Below the pieces are notes generated by a model. That model was not told the DNA's origin. It saw only the letters and a program-made list of their open reading frames with translations, and made no database searches. From Klebsormidium nitens (taxonomy: Eukaryota > Plantae > Klebsormidiophyceae), in assembly GCA_000708835.1 (NCBI GenBank), contig DF237389.1, forward strand, positions 1 through 64,000: a stretch of DNA of 64,000 bases, read 5' to 3'. Positions 43,501-55,124 of the stretch are shown here, piece after piece. Numbering within the stretch: position 1 is the first letter of the stretch; every line of letters begins with the position of its first letter. The position numbers were made by a program, and so were the translations under genes.

Positions 43501-46500
43501 TTCTCTTTTCGGCTTCAATAGGCCGAACGTCAATTCAGATGGCTGGCGACTTCTTACGTCGAGACCACAGACAAAACGTCTAACTCTCGAAAAGATCTTG
43601 AGGCGAGCGTTCCAGCCGATTGACAAGGTCGGTTGTTCGACTTTCTGACCGGATCAGGGCGGGTCTGTCTCGAAACCTAATTGCTGCCACCTTGGAAGGC
43701 AACACAGGATGTAAATTCAAACTCTTGAACCTTCTTCCCGGAGCAATAAGCACCCCAAAAGACCTGATGCACACGAGAAAAAACAATCCACAGAACCTAC
43801 CACTTATTTTTGGCACCCAGGTTTCCCACCTGTCCGAGTAGGCTGGTAAGCAGGTCGTCTGAATGCAGGTGGTAGGGCGTCATATAGCCGCCCTCGCCGC
43901 CAAAGATGAGCGCCAGCGGCAGCCGGTCCGGCAGCCGGGGGGGCAGGTCGGAGCGCTTCTCGTCCCCCCCCAGAAAGAAGTCGATGTAGCCCAACAGCAG
44001 GTCGGGCGTCCAGTGGACCTGCGCGAGAGGAGTAAGCAATGAGCGCCAAAGAAAGGCAATGCCTACATTTGAAGAATACTGCTGATGTCCCGCTGAATTG
44101 ACCTTGCAGCCCAGCCTTGCGCTCTTTCGTTGCTGACCTGCCAGGAAACAAAGACGATTTTGAGCTGTCCTTGCTTCCAGTCTCCAGAAGCGTAGCTTTC
44201 ATTTGGTGGATGAAGGCTGGGTGAGTCAATCGCTTAATTCTCAATCAAAGAATTGTGTCGTACAACTAAAGGCGTTGCGGAAAGTGATTGCTTGCGGACC
44301 CTTCAGCCTCTTATCCCGTCAACGAAAGCCAGACCCCAGAGACGGCCGAACCCTTTCTCTCTCATGTTCCCGAGTCCGTAATCTCTCCGCAGCTTGACCT
44401 TCTCGACGAGCGCTCTTGAAGCCCTGAATGCCGGAACCGCTCATGACCAGATTTTCCACGACATACGGATCCTCCAGATTGCGTAACCCCTGCATTTCGC
44501 CAGATCTTCCTACCGTTGAGCTTCCAGAGTCGGACTAGAGGTTCTGGTTCTGCGTTGCAAGACGTTCACGGTCATCGCAAATCACGGCGATGATCGGTAA
44601 ATGTGGTAGGCTGCCCCATGTTATATTCATCCACATCTGACAGCGTCAGCGTCGTCTTAACTGTACCGAGATCCGATCAAGGCCTGTTACATCGTCGAGT
44701 GAAACCCGTAAGAATTCTGAACCCATCCCCGTACCTTGATAACTCTTCCGTTTCAAAACAGAACGCCTTAAAAGCAGAAAGCTCCTAAGCTGACTCTCAA
44801 GACCAACTCTCGAGATTACCTGCTACGCCAAGGAAACCATCCTGCACCCCCAAAGTAACCCTACCGGTCGAAACTGTGGTGTTCCCATCATATTAAACGC
44901 ATATGTTTCCGAGGTTGGATCGTACCTTGAGCCCCTCGTAGAGCGCGCGCGCGCGGCAGGAGCGCAGGCACGCGTGGTCGTACTCCTTGGAGACGTACTG
45001 ATGGAGCGCCTGCGCGCGCACCTGCCGCCGCCACTGCAGCCAGCTCCACGCCAGAGGGCAGCACACCGCCAGCAGCGCACTGTACACCATGCCCTCGTAC
45101 CTGGAAAATAGTGTCAACTAGTTCGCGTTTCCGCTTTGTCTGCGGAAGTGCTTTTCAAGTGTCCTCAAAGCATGCCCTCGTACCTAGCGGGGAAGTTCTA
45201 GTGTTTCTACATTTGCTGTTTGCACATTTCTGGAAGTCCTTCTCGTGTGCTCGTACAAGATGCGCTTGTACCTGCGAGGAGACGATAAGTACACCTCGTT
45301 TTCTCTGCTCGGACGTCCGTGAAAAGTGGTTCGTATCTGCTCGTCGATGTGGTTCTCGCTTTCGCTACTTGTACGGTTTTAGAAGTGCTTCTTGCGTGCT
45401 TTTACAAGGTGCCCTCGTACCGGGCGGGAATGGTCTCGTTCGTGTGGTTTGGAAATCTTCAAAAGTGCTTCTTGTGTGCCCACATGACAGCCCTCGTACC
45501 GGCAGAAATGTGGAATTCGTTCTCGCTTTTGCTGATTACACGTCTTGAGACCTGCTTCCAGTGTGCTCGTATGACATGCCCTCGTCCCTGCCAAAAAACG
45601 TTTATGAGTAATCCCTCGCTTTTGCTACCTGTGCGTCTATGGAAGCTTTTCTTAGTTTTCGGAAAGCATGCATGCGTCCGTAACTGCGACACGAGAGCAG
45701 CTTGCAGTCTCCTTGGATCACTCGCCATCTTCTTTGCAAAGCCCATCCTATCTCACTGCAGCATGACTTCGTAATTGCATACGCAAAAGCCCCCTGTGTT
45801 GTGATCTTGTAAGTACGATTGCTTGTGAGCACTCTCCCACTCTCCCACTTCTAGTAAACACAGTAGCATGGGTTAGTCAGTCAGCTTTCAAGAGCAGAGG
45901 GGCTCGTTAGTTGATACTAGAACCAATGATGCTATATGCCAGCGTCAATCTGATTGCCAGGTTCTTGATTGAAGTGGTGTCTCTTGGAACACCAAAGGAT
46001 ATCGAAGGACACGTTGTCCGTTCCCGCAACCAGCCGTTTGTTCTGCTCCTCTTTCGCCACTTCGTAAAGGTGTTCGGACTTTGCAAAGGGGTGTCGAAAA
46101 CGGCCCGCCGAATTCTCACCATTGGTAGCCCGCTCGCTCATTAACCGCCTCCACGAATCGGTTGTATGCGTCCTCATACACCAGGTCTAGGATCTGTTCC
46201 GGGGGCGGGTGCGGCAAGCGCCACGGCTCGCCGAACGAGTTGCTGCCCGTGAAGTACAGACGGTGCAAATGGCCCGCAGACTCCTCCGCGCGGTTGCTCT
46301 CCATCACCTGGGGAGGTTCGTGCGGGTTGGTCAGTGCGAAAGGCGGCAAGTTTGACTTGTCGTCTCGTCGACTATCAGAACCAAAATATTTTCGGGGAGT
46401 TAAATGCGGGAGGGTCGGACTTGGAAGCAGCAACACGGATGCTATAAGCTTTGCTCCCCTGCATTGAAAGACAAATGCAACATGTGAGCACTTGAGCATA

Positions 46501-49500
46501 ATGAGCTTTTACCAGTAGATCGAGCGGTGGGCAATTCCAGACAAACAAGAGCATTTGACAATCTCTTAGACCTATGTGCAAGAGCCCTCAGAGCTCTTGC
46601 ATATACAAAGGCATAGCAGCACTCCGGATTCTGCCCGAAAGCACCTCTTCCAGAGCAGTCCATTGGGCCCGGAATCATCTAACCCCACATCCTCAAACAG
46701 CAAAAGAATTCCGAGCTCGGAATTCCGACCAACTGCCAGAGCTCTGCAGACTGGAGCTTTTAAACATCGCATCCCAGCCCAATGTTTTCCACCCTTGCTC
46801 GCACTCTCACCTCGTTGAGCGACTCCAGGAAGGGGTGGCTCTGGTTGATGTGCATCGCGTCGGGCGTCTTGGGGCTGGGCGGGTCGTCCGCCTCCCACGT
46901 GCCAGCAATGCGGACGCGCGCCACGCTCAGTGTGACGGCCATGAGAACTAGAACGGCGGCATTCAGCAGGCTGAAGGTGAGCGGCCCGCCGAAGCTGGAG
47001 ATGAGGTCCTCGATGGGCGTGTTGCAGTGGGGGAGGCTGTACTTGGAGGCAACGCACTCGTACGGGCACGGGCGGGAGGTCACGCCGCCTGCGGAAGAAG
47101 TAACAGGCTTGGGGTTCACGATTCGGGAATACCATTAGGCATGGGCGGGAGATCACGCTGCCTGTGAGAGAATACAGTAAACGGTACTGTCTGGGGTGGG
47201 GATGAGTAGCTTACGTCAGGCTTCGGTGGCAAAAGCGGACGCATGCTTGGAATGTCGATCGCAGAATAATGATCCTGAACCGAAAGAAGGGTTGCGCCAG
47301 CATATATCCATTTCGTCGCAGGTGACGAAGCCAGCAGCATGTTACAAAATCCCAGTGAGGCTTGCTTGCATCCTGGCAGGTGCTTCATAAAAGCCCTAGA
47401 ACGATATAGCCGAGCATTAGTGTCTAGATAGTCAAAACTCCTGAGGCGAGTCCGTGAACTTAAGAGAGTAGCTTCCCAGCACAATACACAAACGCATCAA
47501 GCAACTGCGTTACACAGGAAAAACGGTTGCTCCCACATGCCTGCTGATATTCAGATGCGCATGAAGCTGCTCGCGATTTGTGTGCGCACCTTTCTTGGCA
47601 ATGTGGCGCGAGTGGTGGGGCAGATCTTCCGGTGGGCACGGCTTGCAGAGCGACTCGTTGTATCCGAACTCGTTCTTGTAAGTCCCCAGCGGACACTCGT
47701 CGCAAAACAGCCCGTACAGCCCCGGGGGGCAGTCCAGCGCAGTCAAGCTCCCGGGCTCGCCGTCCCCGCCGTCGTGATTGCCGCGACCGCCGCTGCGCCA
47801 ATGTAGGAAACATACGGTTTGGAATGGTGTCTTATGCAGGATCTAAGTCGGACGTTCTTTGGCTTGTGTGCTATTTGAGTTGTCGGCTCTTGTTTGGTGA
47901 GTGTGCTAAGGATTGACAGCTCGCGACCAGGACGTACAGACTGCAGTCTATGCTGTTGGACAAGCTCCATGAGCACTTTCGGCTGCAATAGTAAGACATC
48001 TATCATCCGACGTTGCTTTCGTGAAGCGAGCGCCTCCAGTCTCGGACCCTATATGGGATTATAGCGAGCGCACGTGGAAATCCCTCAGAAACAAGATTCT
48101 GCACGGACAGAGAAGACCTACCAAGTTCGTCTTGATCAACGTTACGAGGATAACACTTGGCCAAGTACTGGCCGATCAGACAGTGCAAGCAGCTTCACGG
48201 TCAGCGCCAGATAGAAGTAAAAGAACGACGAAAGGGCAGAGGATAGTTGCGAAGGGCTCCTCACATGCTCCGTAACACTCCGCTCGAGTTCGCCTTCCGC
48301 ACATATGCATCCCCCTCCTTTATATTCGCCCACTCGAAGTGGACCCTCCCCCCGGCCCCGCCCCCTCCTCCAATCGACCCCCCAGAACCCCCAGAGCTCG
48401 AAATGATGGAACCCGGCTCCCCCTGAAACGAGTTGAGAAACATCAGGATCGTTCCCCCAGACCCGCCACCCCCTCCCGCCGAAATCGCTTGAGGGCTATT
48501 CGCACTAGTCTGTCCATCAGCCAGAACCCACCCCCTTAGTTCCAGCATCTGCAGCGGGTGCGCCTTCCCCCCCAGAACGATCACCCCGCCCCCCGCCCCG
48601 TCTTCCCCAGTTCTCGAAACACCCCCCCCGCTGCCCAACGCGCACGGCAGAGCCGCCGCACCGTAGGCGCCCCCCCCTAGCGCGGTGTTATTGTTGAACG
48701 ACCCGTTTCCGCCTCTCCCGCCGTGCCCCCCCCGCCGCCAACCCCTTCCGCCCCAGCCTGTCCGGCCCCCATTCCTTGCCCCCCCCCGCACCCCTGTCCG
48801 GCTGCGGTCAACTGCCCCCCCTTGTCGATGGTCACCAACTTGGTCCTCTGTATGTGCACCACGGCGCCTTTTACCACCCCCTCGATCAGCAGCTCCTCAA
48901 TGCGGCACAGCTGCAGTGTGAACGGGGACTCCGGGTCGATGCTGCAGTCCTGGGAGGTTTGGATCACACTAGGGGGGCACGTGGGCTGGTCGCAGTAGAG
49001 CGCGACGGGGGCCCCCTCGGAGTCGCTGAAACTGGTGGGGGCTTGGAGGGTCGCGCCCGCGGCGACTTTGAGCAGGAAGAAGAGCGAGACGAACAGCTTG
49101 CGCGCGGCGATGCGACAGCTGTCGTAAACGGCCATCAGGCCCTGACCCTGGATGCCCAGGTTCGCGTTCGACTCGATGCTGGACAGCGTCTGCGAAGAAG
49201 AGCGGACGGAGATCCATAAGCACGTTCGATATGACTCACAAGCAGCGTAACTGGCATGGGGTTCTGTAGGACTGACTATCACTCCGTTCCTTTCAAAGTA
49301 CCAGGTGGTGTTTACGTGGATCTCGATGCTGGACAGCGGTCGGCAGAAGGGCCAAAAGAGCGACTAATGTGGGCGGTCGACAGTCCAGCTCTTTTCACAT
49401 CCAGGTTTGAAGGAGAAGACGCTCTCGTGGTTGTACCCAAGGATGCCGCTCTGAATCGTCCCTGAGGGAAACCTGGCAACCGTGATTCTTTTCCGCTCAG

Positions 49501-52500
49501 ACTTCTGTCTTCGTCCGGAGGACTTGTCAGAATTGCCGTCGTCCACTGAAGGGTTCTCAGAAGTTCAGCCGAAACCTTCCCCAAGGGCCCCTGTCGCAGG
49601 CGATCTTCCAACACACAACCAAACTTTGGAAGGGAAGAGTGCCCTGATCGCCAGCAAATCGACAAACCGTATCTTTTGAAATGATTCCCGAGTACTGAGC
49701 TCGAGGTGATTGACCTCCACGACCGTCGTTCTTGTCAGCACAAACGAACCCCTGATGGTTTCCAACGTTGCGTTTGCGAGGAGCAGCTGGTTGGCACAAA
49801 CCGCAATTGCACTCTCAACACCCCAAAACTTTGAAAGTATGAACTTCAAAACTCTGAAAGCAAAGTCCCACCTTGAGCTCTAGGTGGTTGACCTCCACGA
49901 CCGTCGTTCTCGTGAGCACGGACGAACCCCCGATGATCTGCACCGTCGCGTTGTCTAGCAGCAGCTGATTGGCGGCCAGCTTCATGGCGCCGTAGACGTA
50001 CATGCTCGAGTTGCGCATCACGATCTCGTCGCCAAAAAGTTCGAGCTCCGCCCACGCGGTGCCCGCCAGCCCGAAGTTGAGCACCGAGAAGCCTGTCAGC
50101 ACGATCTTGCCTTGCACCTGGGAGGGAGGAAGAACTAGTGTTTCTAGCCACGACCCAGTTTGCATGGTGCTGGACCTTTTCTGGCTGAGTTGTCAGTATG
50201 GTTTGTGCAACTTCCGACGCCAGTCGATGTATTCTCCGTTTAGATCCCGTGTTTCCAAACCCTTTCAACTTCGACAAACCTGAAAATCGTGATCCCAGCA
50301 TCTGGAGAGCCTGCGATTGAAAAGTGTTAGGCGTTGAGACCGCCCGCTACCCGCCCCCTGCTCCAGGACAAAATCTCGACGAGCCTGAATTGCTCAGACC
50401 TACGAGCGGAGAGATACAGACTCGTGAGCCTTTGTACTAGAAAAGCGGCCGCACCTGCACCCTGTTCAGACCGAGAGCACATCATTTGAGTAGAGACTCT
50501 CAGTGGCTTCAAAACACGCAAAATTCCAGTTGAGCACTCTGTAAGCGTCCGCACCTGTACTCTGGTCCAAAGCAAGACAGTCCGGACCGCCAAAAGACAG
50601 AAATGTAGAACCCAAAAGCCGCGAACGCCTTGCACCTCCACCCTCCTCCAGAGCGAGAGCCCGACAACCTTGAATCCGCATATTGTATTAGAGTAGTATG
50701 CTATTTCGCAGGAACGTCTTCCGCAAAAGCGGCCGCACCTGCACCCTGCTCCAGAGCGAGAGCACGACGACCTTGGCCTGGTCGTCCATGACGAAGTTGG
50801 TCCACAGCGGGTGGTTCGGAAAGTCGAAGAGCGGCGTGCGCGTGCGAGTGTGCCGCCCCTCGTTACTAATCGTCAGCGTTTGCAGCGATACGTCGAACAG
50901 CGTCCCCGCGGCGCCCGCGTTGTCAGGGCAGCCCAGGCTCTCGCCGCCTGCAGAGACCGAAGGATTGGTGTGATGACTGTTGGAGCGTTCATTTTCGAGG
51001 CGGTGACTTGTCTTTTCATTTGGTGAGATGTGCTGACAGCGTCATTATACGGCGTCCATAGCTGGTTGCCAAGAAAAGTGAACGAAGCAAAGCAGGCCAG
51101 CTTTTGAGGAACTTGGAGGCCGTAATGAAGAAGCTAAGCAGGCCAGTTGAGTTCATTGACGTGGTAGGGTGGGTATGCTTAACGCTGTCTTGATCGAAAC
51201 AACGTTCTTTGCTACCGTACCGGAATGGTATGATTCCGGAGAATCAAATAATATATTTGCCCCTCGGAAAGCTACGTTACCTGTTTTTCGTCCGGAAAGT
51301 GATTTTCCGGATTCAGTAGATAATTCCCGACTTGCTGTCGGAAATGAAAAATCGACAACCGGTCACTCTCTTCGCAGCTTTTTGGGGGCAAAAGGTGCTC
51401 AGGAGCGTTTTCAGGGCGGATTCTGAAACAGGTCGGGATCATGAATTATTCGTCAAAAGAGGTCGGATTCAATCAAAATAACTGTCATTTTCGAGCATTC
51501 GGAATCATACCGTTCCGGTACGGTATAATGGTTGGGTAACGGCCATACCCACAAGAGAACGTGATGGACCAGTTCTTGACTTACATCCCATCTTACAGAG
51601 GGTTTGAACTGCAAAACAATTGAACTTATATTCGACATCCGGATGAATCAAAGAAGGCAGCATTGCTAAAACCCAACTCGTTGCATCCTTTTCTGTTGAT
51701 TCTTGATCCTACCTCCTTTTATGAGGTCTACTCGACTGACAAAAAAGTGACGAACCATCGGTAGAGGGGATCTCTACCTCAAGACGAAAAATGTGTCTTT
51801 GCCGGGAGCCAGGGCAGAATTTTGAACACTTCTGTTGTCCTCACCGTTTGCCACGATGTCCACGTTCGAGCGGCTCTCAAAGTCAAAAGCCACCCGGCCA
51901 CCTCCTCCTCCAGCGTGACCATCCCCCCCTGCTGCGCTGATGCGGCCGGTGGTGAGACCGTCACTGCAGAAAGAAGGTGTCGTTGATGCAACTTTCGCGA
52001 AAAGTGGAGCGGGCTGGCCTAGTACATGAGCCCATCCTGCGGGCGTATTGCCATGCATGGGTCGACCGCGCTGAGGCAAACAAAGCTACTGCGCCGATCC
52101 GGTCAAACAGACCCTTGCAACGCTTCCACTGCGTCAATATCAATCTGTGTTTCTGACAGATCGGACCACCTTTTGAGATTTGGATCTTGCTCCATATATC
52201 AGACGCAGACTTCTTTTTGAAAAGTACGAAATCACTTACAGTGTGCGTGCTTTTGCAACGACACTGCCCCCAGATCCGCCCCCGCCGCTGTCTTGCCCGT
52301 CCCCTCCCTCTGCGCTGATCTCCCCTTCAACATACAGCAGCTCACGGGCTACCATGTGGATGCGCCCTCCGCCACCGCCACCTGGCACCAGGAGGATAGC
52401 GGTTTCGAATCTCTTGGTTAGGCGGCAGATCCCCCTCTCAACAATGTTTTATATCAATGCGCATAGATGGATTGCTTCTCTCTTTGGACTGCAATGACAG

Positions 52501-54222
52501 GAATAAAGGTATCAATCCAATGGTAAGCCAATGGTCTAGCCAATGATCCAATGATCCAATGTTCCATTGGTAGATAAAAGCAAGCACATCCCATGGCACT
52601 AAGTGCCCCTTTCTTCTGCATCCAGACGAAGGGAGAAGTGCTGTATTTTAGTTTACTGCCACAGACAACTAATAGAAGGGCAAGGTCAAAAGAACTTTAG
52701 CGAAGAGTTTGACCAACTTCATTGGCCTCAGGTTCAAACGGACCAGAATACAACAGGTGTGCCTTGCCTTGCCTTGTGGAAGCCACCCGTCTAATGTGCA
52801 ACACTAATATACTGACAGCGCAATTGAACCACACTCAGATTTGGTTGTCAAGGTTGAGATCCGCAGGACATGTGCGAGTCTGGCAGACTGACCTGTCCCA
52901 TTGCCTTTGGTTGGGCCCCCCTTGCTGCCAACCATCCAAGGGGCATCCAGAGTGGACCACGCATACACGTCGCCCCCCCAGGTGTCAGTAGAGAAACTTG
53001 CCCCCTTCTTTGAACAAGATGCCCCCTGGAAAGGACAGGACAAACTGTGACCTGGAAGTTTGCGCGCAACGGTGTGCTTGCTCAATCAGTCCAGCAGAAT
53101 AGCACCTCCGCTTTTACAGGCAGCTTTTGTTGCTCAGATGCCGTATTGCTTTTGTCATTATGCCTACATGCCTTTCACATCCAGTAAGGCCAATCTGAAA
53201 AACAGTACAGCAGTTACACTAAGAATCAAAAGAAAACCCAAAGAATGCAAGTAGACAGCTGTCAAAAAGCCCCTTTCTCTTGCTCTCCTAGAGACAAAAA
53301 AGCTCGAGGCACTGAGCCGTATGGAGCTCCTACAGCAATCAGCGAACGACCAGAAACCGCAAGGTTAGATCTCCCGCCTTCCTGGTGGGAGACTGATAAC
53401 TTTGGAACTACAAAAACTTTACTGCCTCTGTTCAACTGCAGGCTTAGACTGTTCCTGACCATTGCGCGTCAGCAAATGCTTCTCGACGGTGCCTTCATTG
53501 GCAAATTTAAAAAAAACTTTGGCTCTTACCCGGCCCCCATGTCCTCCCCCGGAGCCATCTGAGGTGGTGGGGCTGCCGCTTGTCTGGGGGGGCGGTTTGC
53601 CCCCTAGTGCCTTGGCACTGATTGTCCCCCCCTTTTTTATGACAACATTCTCCGCCTCTACATGTAATTGCCCTCCCACAATTGCTGCGTCCTTCAGCAA
53701 TTTCAAGTCGCCTCCGAGGGTTATGTTTATGAGGCAGTCTGGGAGGGAGCAATTGATAGTGACGCCCTGAAGCAGAGTCAGGTTGCCGGCCCCCTGTATA
53801 CTTGACGCACCGCTGAGAGTGACCGAATCTTTCAGCTCACAAGTAGCATCCAGCGACCCTTTGCCTCCAAGGTCAACGTCACACGCTAAACTAGCCTGCA
53901 ATTGATCGCTCGATAGCAAACCTTCGCTGCTACCAGTGACGAGCGGCAAATTCGGATGCTTTGCCGAAAGCAGCCTGCCTTCAGCTGCAACCTTATTCTC
54001 AGGATTCGGTAGCTCCCAGCGTGCAATGTCCCGGGGGTTTTCTAGGCGAAACCCCTCTTCTGAAACGCTCGTCTTGTGAAGCTGAAGCCCAACTCCAACC
54101 CGCTCTCCATGCAATGCCTCTGCGGATTGGAATGCCAGAAGGATGCTCAACAACAAAATGGCCCTCGTCGACCGCCCCATTCCAAACTTACAAGGTTTGG
54201 GCCTCCTTCGCAGGTCGTCCAT
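40510..54222 (-). CDS. Large glycine-rich secreted/membrane protein of the uncharacterised plant At4g32920/At5g11700 family
   Basis: Signal-peptide-like MGRSTRAILLLSILLAFQSAEA (ATG at 54222 or 54180). Repeated GGG(H/G)GG motifs, a Cys-rich CPPGLYGLFCDECPLGTYKN...CPYEC module, several C-terminal hydrophobic segments, and the family-type C-terminus VGNLEIADRTLYSEDPTNFWEGP* ending at 40510. Confidence 0.8.
41350..41860 (-). repeat. Four tandem units (about 150 bp) spanning an acceptor of the glycine-rich protein gene
   Basis: GAGCAGGCCCACCGCA(G/A)CCTGC at the true acceptor (exon start 41395) and in three intronic copies near 41549, 41690 and 41848. Confidence 0.9.
43078..43300 (-). repeat. Single degenerate copy of an acceptor plus exon start
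   Basis: GCTGCGCGTTTAAGCCGGCCACCATGCGGTACC...GGAGGCGGGGAGCAT (43078-43129, exon) versus GCTGCGCGTTCAGGCCGGCCACCTTGCGGTCTC...GGAGGCGGGGAGCAT (43238-43289, intron). Confidence 0.85.
45089..45590 (-). repeat. Array of about 80-bp units spanning an AG|GT acceptor junction
   Basis: CATGCCCTCGTACC-like junction at 45100 (true), 45183, 45271, 45420, 45499 and 45587; recurring GAAGTGCTT motif. Confidence 0.85.
49695..49990 (-). repeat. Intronic copy of about 110 bp of an exon 3' end
   Basis: The exon encodes ANQLLLDNATVQIIGGSSVLTRTTVVEVNHLELK; the intronic copy reads ANQLLLANATLETIRGSFVLTRTTVVEVNHLELS. Confidence 0.88.
50340..50770 (-). repeat. Four degenerate copies of a donor junction (about 95 bp period)
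   Basis: AAAAGCGGCCGCACCTGCACCCTG at the true donor (exon end 50739) and at 50441; weaker copies near 50555, 50636 and 50351. Confidence 0.75.
51215..51523. mobile_element. MITE, Tc1/mariner-type (309 bp), in an intron
   Basis: 24-bp TIRs matching at 23/24 positions: CCGTACCGGAATGGTATGATTCCG (51215-51238) / CGGAATCATACCGTTCCGGTACGG (51500-51523). TA on both sides (51213-14, 51524-25), the Tc1/mariner target-site duplication. AT-rich, non-coding interior. Confidence 0.88.
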
Positions 54223-55124
54223 GGCTCCTGCCTGGATGCAACATGAGGGCCGTCCTTTTCACCGACACAGGGAACGGTTTCTGAGCAGACGGCGAGTCCT
54301 GAGCCCAATGTTGCATGCAACCTGCAACTAGGAGGTCAGGAGTCTACCTGCAACTAGCTGGTCAGGAGTCAGGACTCAGGAGCAAGGATGCAGCCTCAGG
54401 AGTCAGGCCGGAGTTTGGTCCCGCAAATCTAGCATACCTGGGTAGATTTCTCAATCAACAGATCGTGATCGTCCATCCCTCCTTTTTGCACTGTTTGACG
54501 GCAGCGATGAACCCTGAGTTTGCAGCGTTAGCTCTCCCATTGGTCGACATGGCTCTTGCGCGAATCTGTAAGCATGTCCTTAGCATTCTATGTAGCCGAT
54601 CGAGCTACCTACATGACGCACCCAGCTGATGACCAGCACAGGACAAGATAATACAATTAAGAAGTTTGAGACCATTATGTAGCTGGTTGGACTCGAGAAA
54701 TCAAGTGAGCGACGTTTCCTAGCTGCTCGGATATTCCAGGCTGTACCGATATACTAAAACGTATCTGTTTGAAGAAATCATGCATGATTGAAGGCGCGGG
54801 CCAACTATAAGGTTTTGAGGAGCTCCGACGAAATCACCCGTACCATATGCCATCATTATTCGAAATTGAAACAACTGGGCGGCACTCTTCAAGAATTGGA
54901 CTTGGTGAGCGGCGTGAGAGATGGTGGAACTTTCAAAGCAGAATGTTGCAGATTGCAAACTTGATTTAGTATGCCCATCGATGACGATGAAGCAATGCAC
55001 CCGCCTTTAACTCGGTGTAAGATTTGAGCAAATGCAATCTGCAACATTTTGCTTCAAATGCTCATAGTCTCTCTTCTTTGGGCGACTAAGTTCGCACACA
55101 ATTCCTGCTTCTTGCGACCGACGT

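Noticed and set aside
45089-45590. CRISPR-like repeat-spacer appearance of the junction arrays (also 13745-14640)
   Set aside because: The repeats are copies of the adjacent exon junction, the spacers are related to each other, unit lengths vary, the context is eukaryotic, and no cas genes are present.
45994-46002. U12-type donor consensus ATATCCTTT on the - strand
   Set aside because: It lies about 110 nt inside an intron already opened in frame by a canonical GTGAG donor, and about one chance hit is expected in this much sequence.
52401-52413. T-arm-like GGTTTCGAATCTC
   Set aside because: Deviates from GTTCRANNC, and no cloverleaf can be drawn.
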